Shown here: piece after piece, positions 24,501 to 38,055 of the stretch
How the letters are laid out: every line of letters starts with the position of its first letter
How positions within the stretch are numbered: the stretch's first letter is position 1
NCBI GenBank assembly: GCA_038496445.1
Contig: JALMLS010000484.1
Coordinates: forward strand, 62,001-126,000
Direction: 5' to 3'
Source: Trichosphaerium sp. ATCC 40318
Taxonomy: Eukaryota > Protista > Tubulinea
Length of the DNA stretch: 64,000 nt
Program-made: the position numbers and the translations under genes
Notes under the pieces: model-generated
What the model was told of the DNA's origin: nothing
Seen by the model: the letters and a program-made list of their open reading frames with translations, nothing else
The model's database searches: none

Positions 24501-25597
24501 GACCTTGATTTTGGAGGTTCAAGCAGTATTGTAGTATCTAGAAACAACGTACCTAATAGATATGTTGCTATTGTTCAAATCAGTCGAGAAACAACCAATA
24601 ACTACCAAGGTTATGTCAATGAGGTCTCTGAGAGCTTTATTAGAAATAGAGTTCAACCTCATCCTATATGGGAGGAGTATATGCCTCCTTTACCATACTA
24701 TGCAAGCATATGGTCCCCTGTCATTGAATTATCATTCAACTGTACGCAAACTGATTGTTGACTTGGATTTTCTTTTTCTAACTTTTTTCTTTCCTATAGC
24801 TACAATTGATGAGACTGATTCCGTTTTGTTGCTCTTCACGTTCCGTACAGATCCAGATAGACGTGTAGCAGTAGCTCCTAAGAATCATTACTGTGTTGCT
24901 ATGGCAACACCTATAGAAAATAGAAACGACACACATGGCAACTTTGTATGTTTTGCTCATCTTTGGAATGTTGTTCTTTTTGTCTTTGTATCTCACTTTC
25001 TTTGATTAGACACATGAGTGGACTTGCTTACTTGATAGTAATTCACCTGAAACAGTATTCCCTCAATTCTCTCAGAATCCTCAGATACCTGAATTTGATA
25101 ATGAGTTCATTACTGGAGGTGTTATTAGCGCCAACAGAACTGACTTAAACGGTACGGAAACAATGTTTTTGATGACTTGTTCTTATACTTTATTGAATAG
25201 GTATATACGCCTTGATTTCTATTCAAGAAGCAGTTTTCACACCACCTATATCTCCTTTGGTACCTACCGTCAATTTTTGGAAACAAGCGTCTGATGACGA
25301 GCCCAAACACAACGAAGTTTGGTTTCCATATTTTTTTGAACAAGGAATTTTGCTAATGGTGTTCTCTTCTTCTAGGTTCCTATTGATAAAGAAAAGACAG
25401 CCCATATTGTTATTATGGCAGTCGCTGGAGGTGTGGTGATACTACTGTCTATCATTGTTTGTGTGAAAGCAATCAAGGATGAAGAAAAGGTTCTTAATAT
25501 TATTGGCTTTGTTGTCAATGCATTGGTTCCAATATTATTGGTTGCTGGTGTTTTCGCTGTTGCACTGAGTATTACAGACGTATTGAAAGATGATTAA
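21524..25597 (+). CDS. Secretory-pathway Kelch-repeat / Cys-rich membrane protein, paralog of 1-3350
   Basis: Signal-peptide-like MTMRQALLLCVFFALSICI, Kelch motifs, Cys-rich repeats, two C-terminal hydrophobic segments; intron positions shared with the paralog. Confidence 0.85.
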
Positions 25598-25998
25598 AAT
25601 AAATAGAACATTATAATGAAAAAAAAAGAGAAAACCCACGTGCAGTGACTGCATTACACTGTAGAAAACAAAATGAATAAAATAGTTGTTTTACTACGTC
25701 ATCGTAATGTGATTTAATATTGTTTGTTAACGCCTGCAGGCGTTAAAAATTTGGTACTCAGAAAATCTAGTTTTTCACCTTCTTCAGTGCCATAAGTTTC
25801 ATAAACGTGAGGTATTTGACAAAGAAAAAAATGAGAATAAAGTTCTTGAGTCTAATTTGTATGTATAGCATTTTCCCTTTCGGGTTTTTCTTTTATTTAT
25901 TTAATTTTTTACATCCGCTTAACGCAAAGCTTGTTAGAGGTATATGTTCCTTCTTTTGTTCTTTTTAAAGAACAAAAGGAAAAAAAGTCAAAAAATAT

Positions 25999-26877
25999 TT
26001 ATGCTTCTGCTTCTTCTTCTTGTTCTTCTCCTTCTCCTTCTTCAGCTTGTTCCTTCTCAACTTCAGGTTCTTTTGTCTCAGGAAAGTACATAGTATTGAG
26101 TGTATGCTGCCAATTCTCTTCAAGCTGTTCCTCAGTGGCCTTGTCGAACCAGAACTTATCTGTGTTTTTACTCATGTTTGCAGGTACTTGAGGGTTTGTT
26201 GATGACCAGTGCTTCCAGCTTTAAAACAAACGATATATTAGCGTCACGTGAGTTGAAACTTTCAAAAAAAAAAAATACTGAGTGGTTTTACGCGTAGACA
26301 GCACGATACTACACGCGAGCGGCGCGTAGCGTTGCGTTTGAAAAGTAAATCATTGATTTGAGTTTATGCTCAAAAAAAGGCCGTAGGGTTGTGGTTTTGA
26401 ACTGTTTGTAGCTATTAAGCGTATAATCTAGTGTCGACGTACTTTTCGTTGGATCTGTGGTGTAAGTCGTACATCATTATAAATTTAGCGGTTCTACCTA
26501 CTGGCTTTGCGCCTTGGAAGTATGTTAGGCGCCAATAAGGTCATTCAATAAGTTTTTGACAGCAACGAACTCAGCACTAAAATACGGACTACCTGCAACG
26601 TTCAAATGTATTGTTGCGATAGCTTGTAAAATTATAATAATGTTCTCCCTCCACACGCATTAAAACGCGTACCTTTAGCAATCCAATGGTGTACACGCTC
26701 TAGGTTAAGCCAAGCAGCAGAGTGTTCTTTGTGAGGACAATACCAGCCTACTTTTTCCTCTACCTTACCAGATCGAAGTGGTATACCTGTTTTCTGCACG
26801 AGAACGTCGTATACACGAAATTGCTTTCGCCCTTTACGGCGCATCCGTATGGACAGTCTGTGGCCCACAGAAGGCAT
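25999..26877 (-). CDS. MRPS16: Mitochondrial ribosomal protein S16 (bS16m) with acidic C-terminal extension, 3 exons
   Basis: IRMRRKGRK...YDVLV...RSGKVEEKVGWYCP...LNLERVHHWIAKGAKP; exons join in frame to a Glu-rich tail. Confidence 0.85.
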
Positions 26878-27156
26878 GGTGGCTACTGTTAATTGATTAC
26901 AAAGGGTTTCGCACTTCCAAAAGTCCGCCTAAGTCGTTGACGCTGTTTTTTAGTCAACAGGTAATAAACTCGTACTTATACAATCGCACAAGCTTATACT
27001 AAGGGTAAAGAGTGATTTCCACGTGAAATACAAAAACACTGTCTTAAACAGTACAAAGTCAACGCGTTGAAGTATCATTGGTATCATAATTGCGTGGAAT
27101 TACGCGTGGTTTGTACATCTGATTAAAAAAGAAACAAATTTGTAACGACTTCTCGT

Positions 27157-28919
27157 ATGACTTCGCTATTGCGCGGAAAACGCTTTGTTGTTACTGGTGC
27201 AGGCGGTACGCGTATTTTTACATCATAGGTATTCTTATGTATCCCAAAGGCAACTTTGGCCATAGATTGGTTCAAGAACTGCTTCGTAGAGGCGCAGAGC
27301 ATATCGTTGTACAATTGATTACAATTTAGCGTTCGAAACCGTTACTAAACGGCAAATAGGCCATAGACATCTCCTCACCGTCACACTTCAGTACTGATGC
27401 GACTGTCAAGGAGTTATACGCCAACAGGGTTGATTTTAAGCAAGGTGACATTAGAAATACATCTCTACTAGAGTACGCGCTTGCTTTACGCACACAACCA
27501 CTAAAAAAAAAAGAATCACGTGAGACGAAAGTTCTATTTGTCAAAGTTTTGAATTGAGCAATTTAAAAAATGCATTTTTTGACGCCCATGGTAGGGACGC
27601 CTTGACGGATTGTGATTTTGTATTTCATTCTGCATCATACGGGATGTCTGGGAAGAGTATGTTGGATAAGAAAAATATATGGAGTATTAACGTTGAGGTA
27701 CAAGAGAAATCATGGATTTGTTTTTTTGTTCTTTTTTTTTTTTTTCACAAGGTTTTTGCAATTACTTTCTGTGTTCATATTAACGCTGTGAAAAAGGCAA
27801 CACAAGATATACTACGTATTTCAAAGGATCTAGGCGTAAAATATCTTATATATACAAGCACATACAATGTTGTACGCAACGTTGAGTACAAAACACACTT
27901 TCTGATGTTTTGTTCTTTTTTTTTTGCACAAACTAAAAATTAACTGTGTTCCCGCTTTAGGTGTTTTCTGGCCGACGGCCTCTTCCAAACTGTGATGAAT
28001 CATTACCTTACGAAACCAAACACTTTGAGGAGTATTCTAGATCAAAAACACGTGCAGAACAAATAGTACTTGGAGAAAATGGTAAAAGCGATCTATGCAC
28101 CGCTGCAATAAGGTAAACCTTGAGTTTTATGTTCTTCGTCGTTGTGACAGAATTAATTCGGTTTTATATAAAGGCCAGCAGCTATTTATGGTGAGGAAGA
28201 TACAAGACATTTCCCACGTATTGTTCAATATATACAAGCAGATCTCTTGTTTCTTTTTGGAACACCTGACTCTAAAGTACGTCAAAACTTGTGTATTTTT
28301 TTTGTTTTCATTTTTTTTTTTGGGATCAAAACAAACATGTTTGTTTGCCTTATCGTTTGTATGGCTTCTTATACTTATGATTAAGGTGGATTGGGTTCAT
28401 GTAGATAATCTAGTACATGCACATGTACTAGCAGCAGAGAAATTCTTTACACAAGAAGGAGCCTCAGTGCTTGGTGGAAAAGCGTATTTTATATCAGATC
28501 AGAGGCCTATAAACAACTTTGAGTTCATTAAACCTTTAGTATTTGCTTTAAACAAACCATATCCAAGTTATTGGATACCTTCTTGGATAGTATTCTGGGG
28601 AGCAAGTATAATGGAATGGATACATTTTTTTGTTTCACCTTTTTGGAATTTCACACCTCTTTTGACTCAAGCTGAAGCAAGAAAGTGTGCTGTTACTCAT
28701 TATATGAAAAATACACGTGCTATATTAGATTTTGGATATAGACCTATTATTTCACAAGATGAAGGTAGACGTAGATTAGTATCTTATTTTGTTGAATGGG
28801 CTGCTCTTCATCCTCCAAAGAAAGATCGTCTTGTTGTTCTTGGTGTATTATTTATTTTATTAATTGGTTGTTTCTCTTTCTGTTTGATGCTTATGACTAG
28901 AGAAACAGTTTCAATGTAA
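27157..28919 (+). CDS. 3-beta-HSD-like extended SDR (SDR42E1-like), multi-exon
   Basis: VVTGAGG.L, VFHSASYGMSG, YTSTYNVVF, YSRSK, RPAAIYGE, VDWVHVDNLVHAH; C-terminal TM. Confidence 0.9.
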
Positions 28920-29259
28920 TTTTGGTTCTTGTTTGTAAAAAAGGGAAAGTTTGGGTTTGGTTGTACGTAGAATAAATGAAAATCACGTGTATTTCTCTCT
29001 AATTTTAAGTTGCAAAAAAAAAACCAAAACAAAAACTAGCTTAACCTCAGACATACTACAAAGGGATACTCTTGTCGACTTGTATGCATACTTTATTGTA
29101 GATGAACTTAAATAGTGGGTAAAATCGTGGTCTTGCTTTTCAACACGTGTTTTTTTTTTGGGTTTTTCTCAAAGTCACATTCACTTCCGTCTGGTCCTTT
29201 TCTTTCAACAAGCGTCTTACTTTCCTAACCATCTACATCTCGCTTAAAGAATACCGCCA

Positions 29260-30967
29260 ATGGATAGCCCGAGGTATGGCCACAGTTTAAAGTTAAATAA
29301 CTTGAAATTAAATTAAACTCGGTGTTAGCACATCAAGCAGTGTCTTGAACATTACAGAACTTCCGATAGAGATGCTTGTACTTGTTTTTAGTTTTCTTTC
29401 TTTCGGTCGTTTCCCTGTTGCCCAAACTTGTTTCTTATTCTCCAGGATAATATACAACCACGTTGGTTATGGAATTATCCGTATTAGATCGTTAAATAGC
29501 TTGAATCTGTTAAGAAAGAGAAGGTCGCTTCTATCCAACACAGTAGTCTTATTAAAGCCAAAAAGAGGTGATAAAAGCATTAAAAGTCAACATTTGAGTA
29601 TACTACAAGGCGTACGAGAGATAAGATTATGGGAATTTAAGAATCCTTTATCAGGCCAAGACTTGAAGAGTTTTATTGGTTCAGCTGAAAAAGTTCGGAT
29701 ACATTTATGTACTGGAATCACTTCTGAAGCTATAAAGTCGTTAGCTGGTATAGAAGATATATGCTTGAACTCTACACCAATAAACGATGAATGTCTTAAC
29801 ATTATATCAAGAAAAGCAAAGAGTATATCTATTACAGGGTCCACAAACTTAACATCAACAAGTTTTTCTTGCTTCGCTGGTTTGAAAAAAATAGTATTAC
29901 GTTCTTCTTCTTTCTCAGTTTTAAGTGATGATGTTCTTAAGACATTTGCAGGAGTTCACACAATAGATATCTCGTTTTGTGGTAATATATCAGATGAAGG
30001 AATTAAAGCGCTTGCTGGTGTTCATACAATAGATATCTCGTGTTGTGGTAATATATCAGATGAAGGAATTAAAGCGCTTGCTGGTGTTCATACAATAGAT
30101 ATGAGGAGATGTAATGTAGGTGATGAGGGTATTAAGGCGTTGAAAGGTGTTTATGAGATAGACATTAGCTCAACAAAAGTTACAAATGTTGGCATAAAAG
30201 CTCTATCTGGAGTCAAAAACATTAATATTAGCAGTTGTTATAATGTATCTGATGTATCCCCTCTGGTTGGAGTTGATGTTATAGCAATGGATTTTTGTAA
30301 GAACATTACAAATGACAGTTTAAAAAAACTGTTTTTTGAAAGAACACCTTACAGTGTTAGTCTCATGCATTGTGTGCATGTCTCAAATGATGTCTTAGAA
30401 TTATTAAGTGGGGTAAAGCAGCTATATATTAGAAAGTGCAGAAGTGTGACAGATGACACCTTAGAGCACCTCTCAGGTGTTAATTGTATATCATTAGAAG
30501 GTTGTTTTTTAATTACACCAACAGGTATCTCAGCTCTTGCTGGGGTCAATTACATAATCTTGAATGAATGTTATCTTGTTGATGACGACAGCTTGGAGGC
30601 ATTGGCAGGTGTTGATATTATTCATCTTGATGCTTGTAGAGAGATAACTGATGTTGGTTTGAAACATATTGCAGGAGCAAAAGACATTAGCCTCAATTAT
30701 TGTGATAATGTTACTGATGATGGGATCAAAGCGCTTGTTGGAGTTAGAGTGCTATATATTGATGGTTGCATTAAGGTTACTGATGAGAGTATAAAGTACC
30801 TTAAAGGTATAGAAATGTTATTCATAGAGGACTGTTTCCGTGTTACTCAAAATAGTATTGAGGCTTTGATTGATAGTTTAGATTTTGTGAATGCGATATG
30901 TTCTGGAGTAACATTAGAATGTGCAAAGAGACTTGAAGAAGAGTTTGGAATCATTGTTAATACCTAA
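29260..30967 (+). CDS. F-box/leucine-rich-repeat protein with ~22-aa LRRs
   Basis: Short first exon MDSPS spliced (GTATGG...TTAG) to the long ORF; F-box-like ITELPIEMLVLVFSFL; many LAGVHTIDISxCxNISDEG repeats, including a near-exact 66-nt duplication around 29950-30100. Confidence 0.9.
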
Positions 30968-31207
30968 AATAAACAAACAAATTGACAGTCTTGCCTTTTT
31001 TTTTTCAAGCAAAAAATGTGACAACAAATTTGTCTGAACGTTTTTTGGGTTTGTATCAGCCTACTTTACAAAAAAAAGATGTCAAAACTGTATTCAACAA
31101 CTTTTGCAATGCCATGAATGTTGTGCTGCAATGACGATAGTATTTTTTTAATTTAGTTACAGCCTTACTGCAAAGAAGATAATTCAAAGAAATTTATTGT
31201 TATGTTG

Positions 31208-33093
31208 TTAACATTGTTTCTTGGCTGTAACAGCATGACTCATTGTCTTCCATATATCTGTATTATGTATACAAATAGATCCACCTCCACGGTTTCTTTG
31301 TGTATACTCACGATTTATATCCGCTGTGGAACAAGGTGTTAAAAAAAATCCAATTAAAAAAAAATCCACAAAAAAAAAAAAAAAGGAAGAAAACATTGGC
31401 GTACCTGGACAGAACCATCTTTTGCGTTGTGTTACAGCCCATTTAGAGTGTTCATTAAATACTTGCCAATCCATACCAGCAAGTGTAATATTCATTACGT
31501 TTACCTAAAGGAAAAACAAAATACTTAATAATTTCTCAAAGTGTTAAAATCGGATTTTAAGTGAACGTACAACATCCAAGTTGTAAAAGGTTTCGTTTTG
31601 TTGTGGTGTTGATGGTTCAACAATAGGCTCGTCCTTACAGTCTTGTGGCATACAATGGTACCCGAAATGACCTCCACACCAGCACATAACTGTCAAGTCT
31701 GAATTGAAGAAAAAAATAAGTTTCACTTAAACAACAACGGACTCCATCTGATTTTTTGAGTCATAGAGAAATGTAGTGTTATTAAAATCTACTTACTATC
31801 GTTCAATATAGGGGCTACCATATCTTCAAATAGATCAATACCATTATCACCATTCTTAGCGAAGGCAATAAGCTCAACACCTAAAAAGAAGAACAAAATC
31901 AGAAAAAACAAATAATGTACTTAAGACTGGATGTTTGACCTTGTTGTGACTTCAATTTTAAGTATCCTGAACCACGTTTGAATGCACCATCAGCAAGAGC
32001 AGCGACAGTTGGGAATTTTGTACGTAGAGCATCAGGAACGTATGTATCGTATATCCAGTAGCTAGAGAGGAGTTTTAATGGTCATACAATAGAATCAAAC
32101 AGTGTCAAGGAGATTTTTCGAAAAACCGTACTTGTTGAACTGCATAAGATCAGCAAGGTCTTCAACAGTGGATACATCAACATTGACACAAAAATAATGT
32201 TGGCCATAGACCACTACAGGCAAGTAAATACACAGTCGTCTACGTGCGAAATTGTAAAAAAAAACAAAACGAGAAAAACGCACTTTGGTGATCAAAAAAC
32301 ATCCAATGGTTTGGTGCGATGTCGTGAGCTGTTACAAGGTGTGAGTACAACGATTCTTCAGCAAAAAAAAAAAAACCCTCAAAGACAGTAAAAAACGTAC
32401 CAAGTGGGAATCCAGGAGTGGAATGGGATATAAGGAACGCTGAGTCAGCGCCAACAGCAAACATGCCCTATTAGGTGTAAACGGAAACTTCATAATCCTT
32501 TTTTTCCTCTGTCTAAGCGTACTTTGGCATGAGCAGTCCTGTCACCGTGGTGACTGGAGTGACTGGTCATTTTACCGTCTAGTGCGTTTTGCAAAGTCTT
32601 GTACGTTTGATCATTCCAAACCATGTAAATAGTGTCATTTCGAGGGGCTTCACTCTGAAAAGGAGCGTGTCAAAGGGTGGAAATACAACTTTTTAAAAAA
32701 TACCGTGTATAAGTTCAATTGCATCACTGTTTGCTTCAATGCAGTTTCTTGAGTGACGTTACCAACGCGCGGGGTAGCAGTTTGCGTTGCATCAAAGTAG
32801 AGCGTTTTACTCCTGAACGGTTCTTTTGTGAGCTGCAAATGATCTTTTTCTATCGTACCCACTGTTAGCGCCATCTACCCCATTTCCAAGTTTTGACATA
32901 AACCACCAGTCTGTTACAAAGTTTAGGTTTCTAAGGTTATTGTTCATGCGTACCAACAGGCTCTCCATCTCGGTTCATACATCCAACCTTGTTTACGTTA
33001 ACACAAAAAAAATTACGGTAACAATAATTGAATTACCTTCGCGTGGCATACTACAGTTGCCAATGCGATTAACAGAAGCACTCGCGTGTACAT
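31208..33093 (-). CDS. DNASE2: Deoxyribonuclease II family protein (multi-exon)
   Basis: Signal peptide, GEPVDWWF, HAKG, LISHSTPGFP, YGQHYFC, EHSKWAV, DINREYTQRNRGGG. Confidence 0.92.
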
Positions 33094-33399
33094 TTTAAAG
33101 CTGAAAAGTAAGGTTCAAACTGTTGACTTTTTGTTGAATAAATCAAGGCAATTTTTTTTTTTGTGAAATTTATTGTGTGCTCTAAAAGCACAAATTAGCC
33201 AAAGATTTATAGAACGAAACTACGTTTCATCTTTGACAAATAGTGATACTCTGCATTCTAGAATATGCACACATTCTCTATAATGTACAAAAGCAATGAT
33301 AAAAAAGGTACTACCAGACAGTAGTCTATTAATAATTTGCAATGATGGGGTAGTGAAAAAAGGTGGTTTTGATTTGATCAGCGAGGCTACGCGCGTAGA

Positions 33400-35253
33400 T
33401 CAAATATCTGGTCCGCTGAGGAATATTGCCTCTAACGATTTTTTAAGCAGTGTGTTTTTTACAGCCTACGCAAAGCCATCAACAGAAACACATTACAGGT
33501 AATTCTGACAAAATATTCTTTATCAAAAAAAAACGTACCTTGAACACAAATTTCATGCTGTCCGTGCTGACAGCACATGTAAAGTGTACGTAAATTGTAT
33601 GTGGTGATTTGTTTCGCTCCAAGTACTGTTTCTTTACAAATTCTAGTGCTTGATCATAATCCTGTCCTCGATCATAGTGGTGCTGCGTGGTAGTATTAGT
33701 ACGGAATTAGCAAGTAACACTACGCGCATCTAAAAAATTGCTACGGTGCTAATAAATCTATTTCCACGTACGAATGCTTCTGTTAGAGGTATACCCTTTT
33801 CTATCTTCTGTCTGAATAAATCAGTTTTGTTCAAAAACAAGATTATATCAATTTCTTTAAACGTTGGATTATTAGCTACTTCCTCAAATAAATAAATAGA
33901 TTCGTCCATCCTATCACACAGAAATTGTAAATCAAATTACTCCAAAAGTCAAAAAAGCGCGAAAAACAATTTTATTGTAACGACAGGCGTACCTGTTCTG
34001 GCTGATCTCTTCCCTCAAGGCTTGATCATATTCGCTCAATGAAGCAACGTAAATAACAGCAGTAATGCTGTTTTGGAAGCAATGCATCCATTTCCTATGT
34101 AAGAGGATCAATACACGTAAAGTAAACCAATATTTCATAATTATTTGGTAAAAAGAAGAGCAACCAACCTCCGTTCGCTTCTTTGTCCACCAACATCTAT
34201 CATTTTAAATGCCAAGTCTTCAAACTTGAATTCTGTTTCTTCAATACCAGTTGACCTCACACGCGCTCTAGATTAGGTAAATCAACATGCTAGCAGTAAC
34301 AGTTGTGGTATTTTACCTTAATATATCGTCTAGAGATGGTATGTAGCCGTCTTGTATAATGCGATCAATTTCACTAAAGAAACTACGCGAGTAGAGTAAG
34401 TAAACGACGTCAAAAAAAAGAGAAGGTTGCAACAAATAAAAAAATTAGAATGCTCACGCATTACGTACTACTCTGCGCTGTCGTTCAATTGGAATAACCT
34501 ATCACGAAACTCAAATGTACGCTGTATACCGCTATCATTCCATAAAGCTTTGATAATATGTCCTATTGACGCATCCCATGTTGAGTTTGTTGTTTGTGTG
34601 CTCAGAGTAAGCAATTTACTCGCACAAGTCTATAAAAACGCAAAAAGCGTCAGTACAAAAAAGATTTTGATTTTTTCGCAAATTGAAAGAATTCCTTCGC
34701 CTTTTTTGAAAGGAACGTTGTTAGTAAACGGAGGTTATACTCTATACATGTTTTTTTTCGAGTGCTACTAACGTACAACGTTTTGTTGGGAGTCCAGGGA
34801 TACCTCCATTTCTTGACAAGCGCGTACAAGTATAATCATCTCTGATATTAGGTTGTTATAAACTATGTAGGTCCAAATTTCCATCTCGTTTTGGGTAAAA
34901 GACTGAGTTATGTCCAGGATCTTCATTTGCTTGAATATGGTCGATTTGCCTATTGAAAAGCATAAATAGAGCGTACAATTGCACAATTAGTAAGACGGAA
35001 AGGTATAAATTGTAAACAGTGTCTGAAAACCGCATCAATGTACCTGATTCTCCAGGACCTACAACAAGGTGTTAGTTTGGATTAGATCAGTTAGGTTGAG
35101 GTATAGGCGGTTCTATTTGGTCCTCTTTATGCGTGGTTGCGTACCAAGTAGTAAAACGCGTTTCTCACGGTGGTACTTTTTGTTATTTATTTTGATTTGT
35201 TTATCTATCTCTTTGCTCTCGGGTGTTTGATTGTTACCACAAATATTGCCCAT
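33400..35253 (-). CDS. Heterotrimeric G-protein alpha subunit (multi-exon, 15-nt micro-exon)
   Basis: MGNICG myristoylation-type start, [46 protein letters not shown]. Confidence 0.97.
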
Positions 35254-35425
35254 TTTATACTGGATTTTAGTGAAAAATCGTATATTCCGTCAGTTAAGCT
35301 TTGTAAAACGTATTACTATAGCAGCCACGCTCATGCTTCGCCAGAAGTTACGACTATACGACCTCTGTAGACCTTTTTTATACTTTGGTCAGAAAAAGGT
35401 CTAGTTTTATCCGCTCTGAACAACC

Positions 35426-35791
35426 ATGGCAAGTGACAAGCGTAAACAGACTATGAAACTCGCTGTAGATGCGTACCAAAAGGCAGGCGGTACGCCTTCA
35501 AATTATTACCCTGCATTGAGAGGAATATGGGCTGTTTTCAGAACCACACCCATGCGTTTCGCTACTGGCTTATTTACTGGCATGCTTGTTGCCCATTTGC
35601 TCTCTCCAAGATTGTTTATTGGCAGGCAAGAAGAATATGAAATGATGCGCGCAGAAGTGTACAAAGAGGTTCTGGAAGCTGAATATAATGATGGGGTTAA
35701 ACATGACCCAACACTCGAGTCTAGAGACTCAGAACAAGATGCTTTCTATCAAATTGATATTGGCCGTGCTAACTACACCAACAGCGAGTAA
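35426..35791 (+). CDS. Hypothetical 121-aa protein with one hydrophobic segment
   Basis: Intronless ORF with ACCATGG start and hydrophobic FATGLFTGMLVAHLL. Confidence 0.65.
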   Translation: MASDKRKQTMKLAVDAYQKAGGTPSNYYPALRGIWAVFRTTPMRFATGLFTGMLVAHLLSPRLFIGRQEEYEMMRAEVYKEVLEAEYNDGVKHDPTLESRDSEQDAFYQIDIGRANYTNSE

Positions 35792-36326
35792 GCAAATCAA
35801 AAAACATTGTATTTTCTGTAAAATAACATTAAAAACCTTCACTATGCACCAGTACGCGTACATATTTGCATGCCTTCATCACAAACACATCGAGAATAGC
35901 CTACAAGTGATTCTTGAGGCAGTGCAGTACAAAAAGCCTGCAAGGTACAGTTCCGTTATTCAGTAGCTGCAACAAGCTTGATTGCAGGCGTTAAGAGGAC
36001 TAGCTTTTGCTCAAAAGGGGCTTCTTACAACACGTGATTTCGTCATAACTACTAGCACAAACGGCGCTTTGACTGTTTGGTACCTTGCAATTGCATGAAG
36101 GGGTAAACGATGAGTTGAAATGGTGTGGGATTTATGCCAACTAGATTTTTATTTCAAAACCCGTTGAATTTCTGTCTCGCTATGTTTTCGGAAACGCCAC
36201 TAGATCTCTTTTTGAACGTTGTAAAATACAAGCCGAAGAGGAGGGCTTGCGAGGGGATAGAAAGGGTTTAAGTGACACTGTCGAATTGTTTTACATTTTA
36301 CATCAAAACAGCACAATACCGCTCTG

Positions 36327-37683
36327 ATGGATAGTCCTGGATCGAAACAACCTGATATAGCACGATTACCGATGAATTTTAGTCCTCACGCTACCTTGAA
36401 GAAAGACTTGCCTACACACGATAATAATCAACAGCGGTTAAACACAAGTAATTTTACGCAATTTTCTTCTGAGAACTCGCCGTTTTCACCTGTATTGGCG
36501 ACTACACAAGAACAACAGCCCAAACAACATGAAATTAGCAGCCAGACACTTCAAATGACAATGCCTCCCGCTCTTTCTAAACTTCACCACGAATCATTTA
36601 ATGCACCAGAGCCTACGCTGGCATCAGTTCAAGGGCATTACCAGTCTCAACAACTTTTAGCTTCAGATAACGCTGTGACGTTAAACAACGGTAATACGCG
36701 CTTAAACCCACCAATACTACCTCAACCGGGTTCTATGCAACACCAGAACACCCAACAAACTATGTCTCAGACAATGTCGCAGAGCGGAGTGCCAAATACA
36801 GTACAAGTCCCTCAAGCAGTACGTTAAAATCAACCAAATCTACCATTTCATCAAAAAATCGACTGAAATTTCTCATCTTTTGCAAACATTACGCTTCAAA
36901 ATTCTTGGCTTTATTTTTCCCCCTCACGGCTTGAAAATACTGTTTGTATACGCGAAATATTAACGTAAGGTGTTTCTGCGGATGTTGCATGAATAGAAGT
37001 ACAACACTCGCAAGATTTTTTCGTTTTCATCATTTTTGTGGTATCCTTTGCCCGTCATTCTCTAATGAAATTCTAGATTGTTTTAGCGCCAAATTCAGCA
37101 CAAACACCAGGGAATTATCAGACAATGCCTACAGATGCTAATGTATTCTCACATGCACCGGCTGGTGTATCAGATACTGGAGGCAAGATGGGATACATAG
37201 GTACAAACAAAATCACTCTCGAATTTTACTTTTCATCTCCCAAAAAACTGTCACTTGACACGTGACATTTTCTTCAATGTGGTATTTTTTGCTGACGAAT
37301 TTTGTGACTTCTAGACATAACACCATACTTGAATATGCCTCAAAAACAAGCTGCACAGAAGATTGGTATTCCAACATCAACCCTTTCTAAGCGCTGGAAA
37401 GAAGCCGTTCGTGGTAGAAAATGGCCGTACAGAACGGTTTGTAAACTAGATAAAGAAATTATGGCTGTACTACAGTCCCTTCCAGCCGTACGTGAACAAC
37501 TCCCTTTTCTCTAACACGCAAAAAAAACCCTATAATGACTTAAACAACTTACATGTGACTTAGGAGGTCGCTGCTCGAAATCCACCTTCACTAGCTCCTG
37601 AGACTGATACTTTTCTGTTACATCTATTAAAGAGGAGACAAGAAGAACTTCAAAATGTGCTTATACGTATAAACTATAACTAG
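36327..37683 (+). CDS. RWP-RK domain transcription factor with Gln/Pro-rich N-terminus
   Basis: LNMPQKQAAQKIGIPTSTLSKRWKEAVRGRKWPYR; last exon ends TAG at 37681-37683. Confidence 0.85.
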
Positions 37684-38055
37684 TTTTAAACTGGCAAACC
37701 AAAAAGGACGAAAAAAAAATATTAGTGGACGCCCTTTAAAGACAAATTTTAATAAAAAACATCTGTATAAAGTTATTTCGTGTACGCTACATCTAATTGT
37801 CGACAACAAGGAGCTGTTGTAAAAAATGTAAAAATGTCATTGAAATCACGTTGTCACGTGTTAAGCGTACAACTTGACTTTAAGGTGCAATGCTTGTTTC
37901 TCCAACGCTGTATGCTGCTGGCTACTGGCGCGGGTACTTGTTTTTTCAAGAAGGAAGAGAGTGATTGTATATGAGTGGTTTTATAATTTAACAAGTTTAT
38001 TTAACAAAAAGGTATTGACATCGAAACAAAACAGATATGTAATTGGTATATGCAC

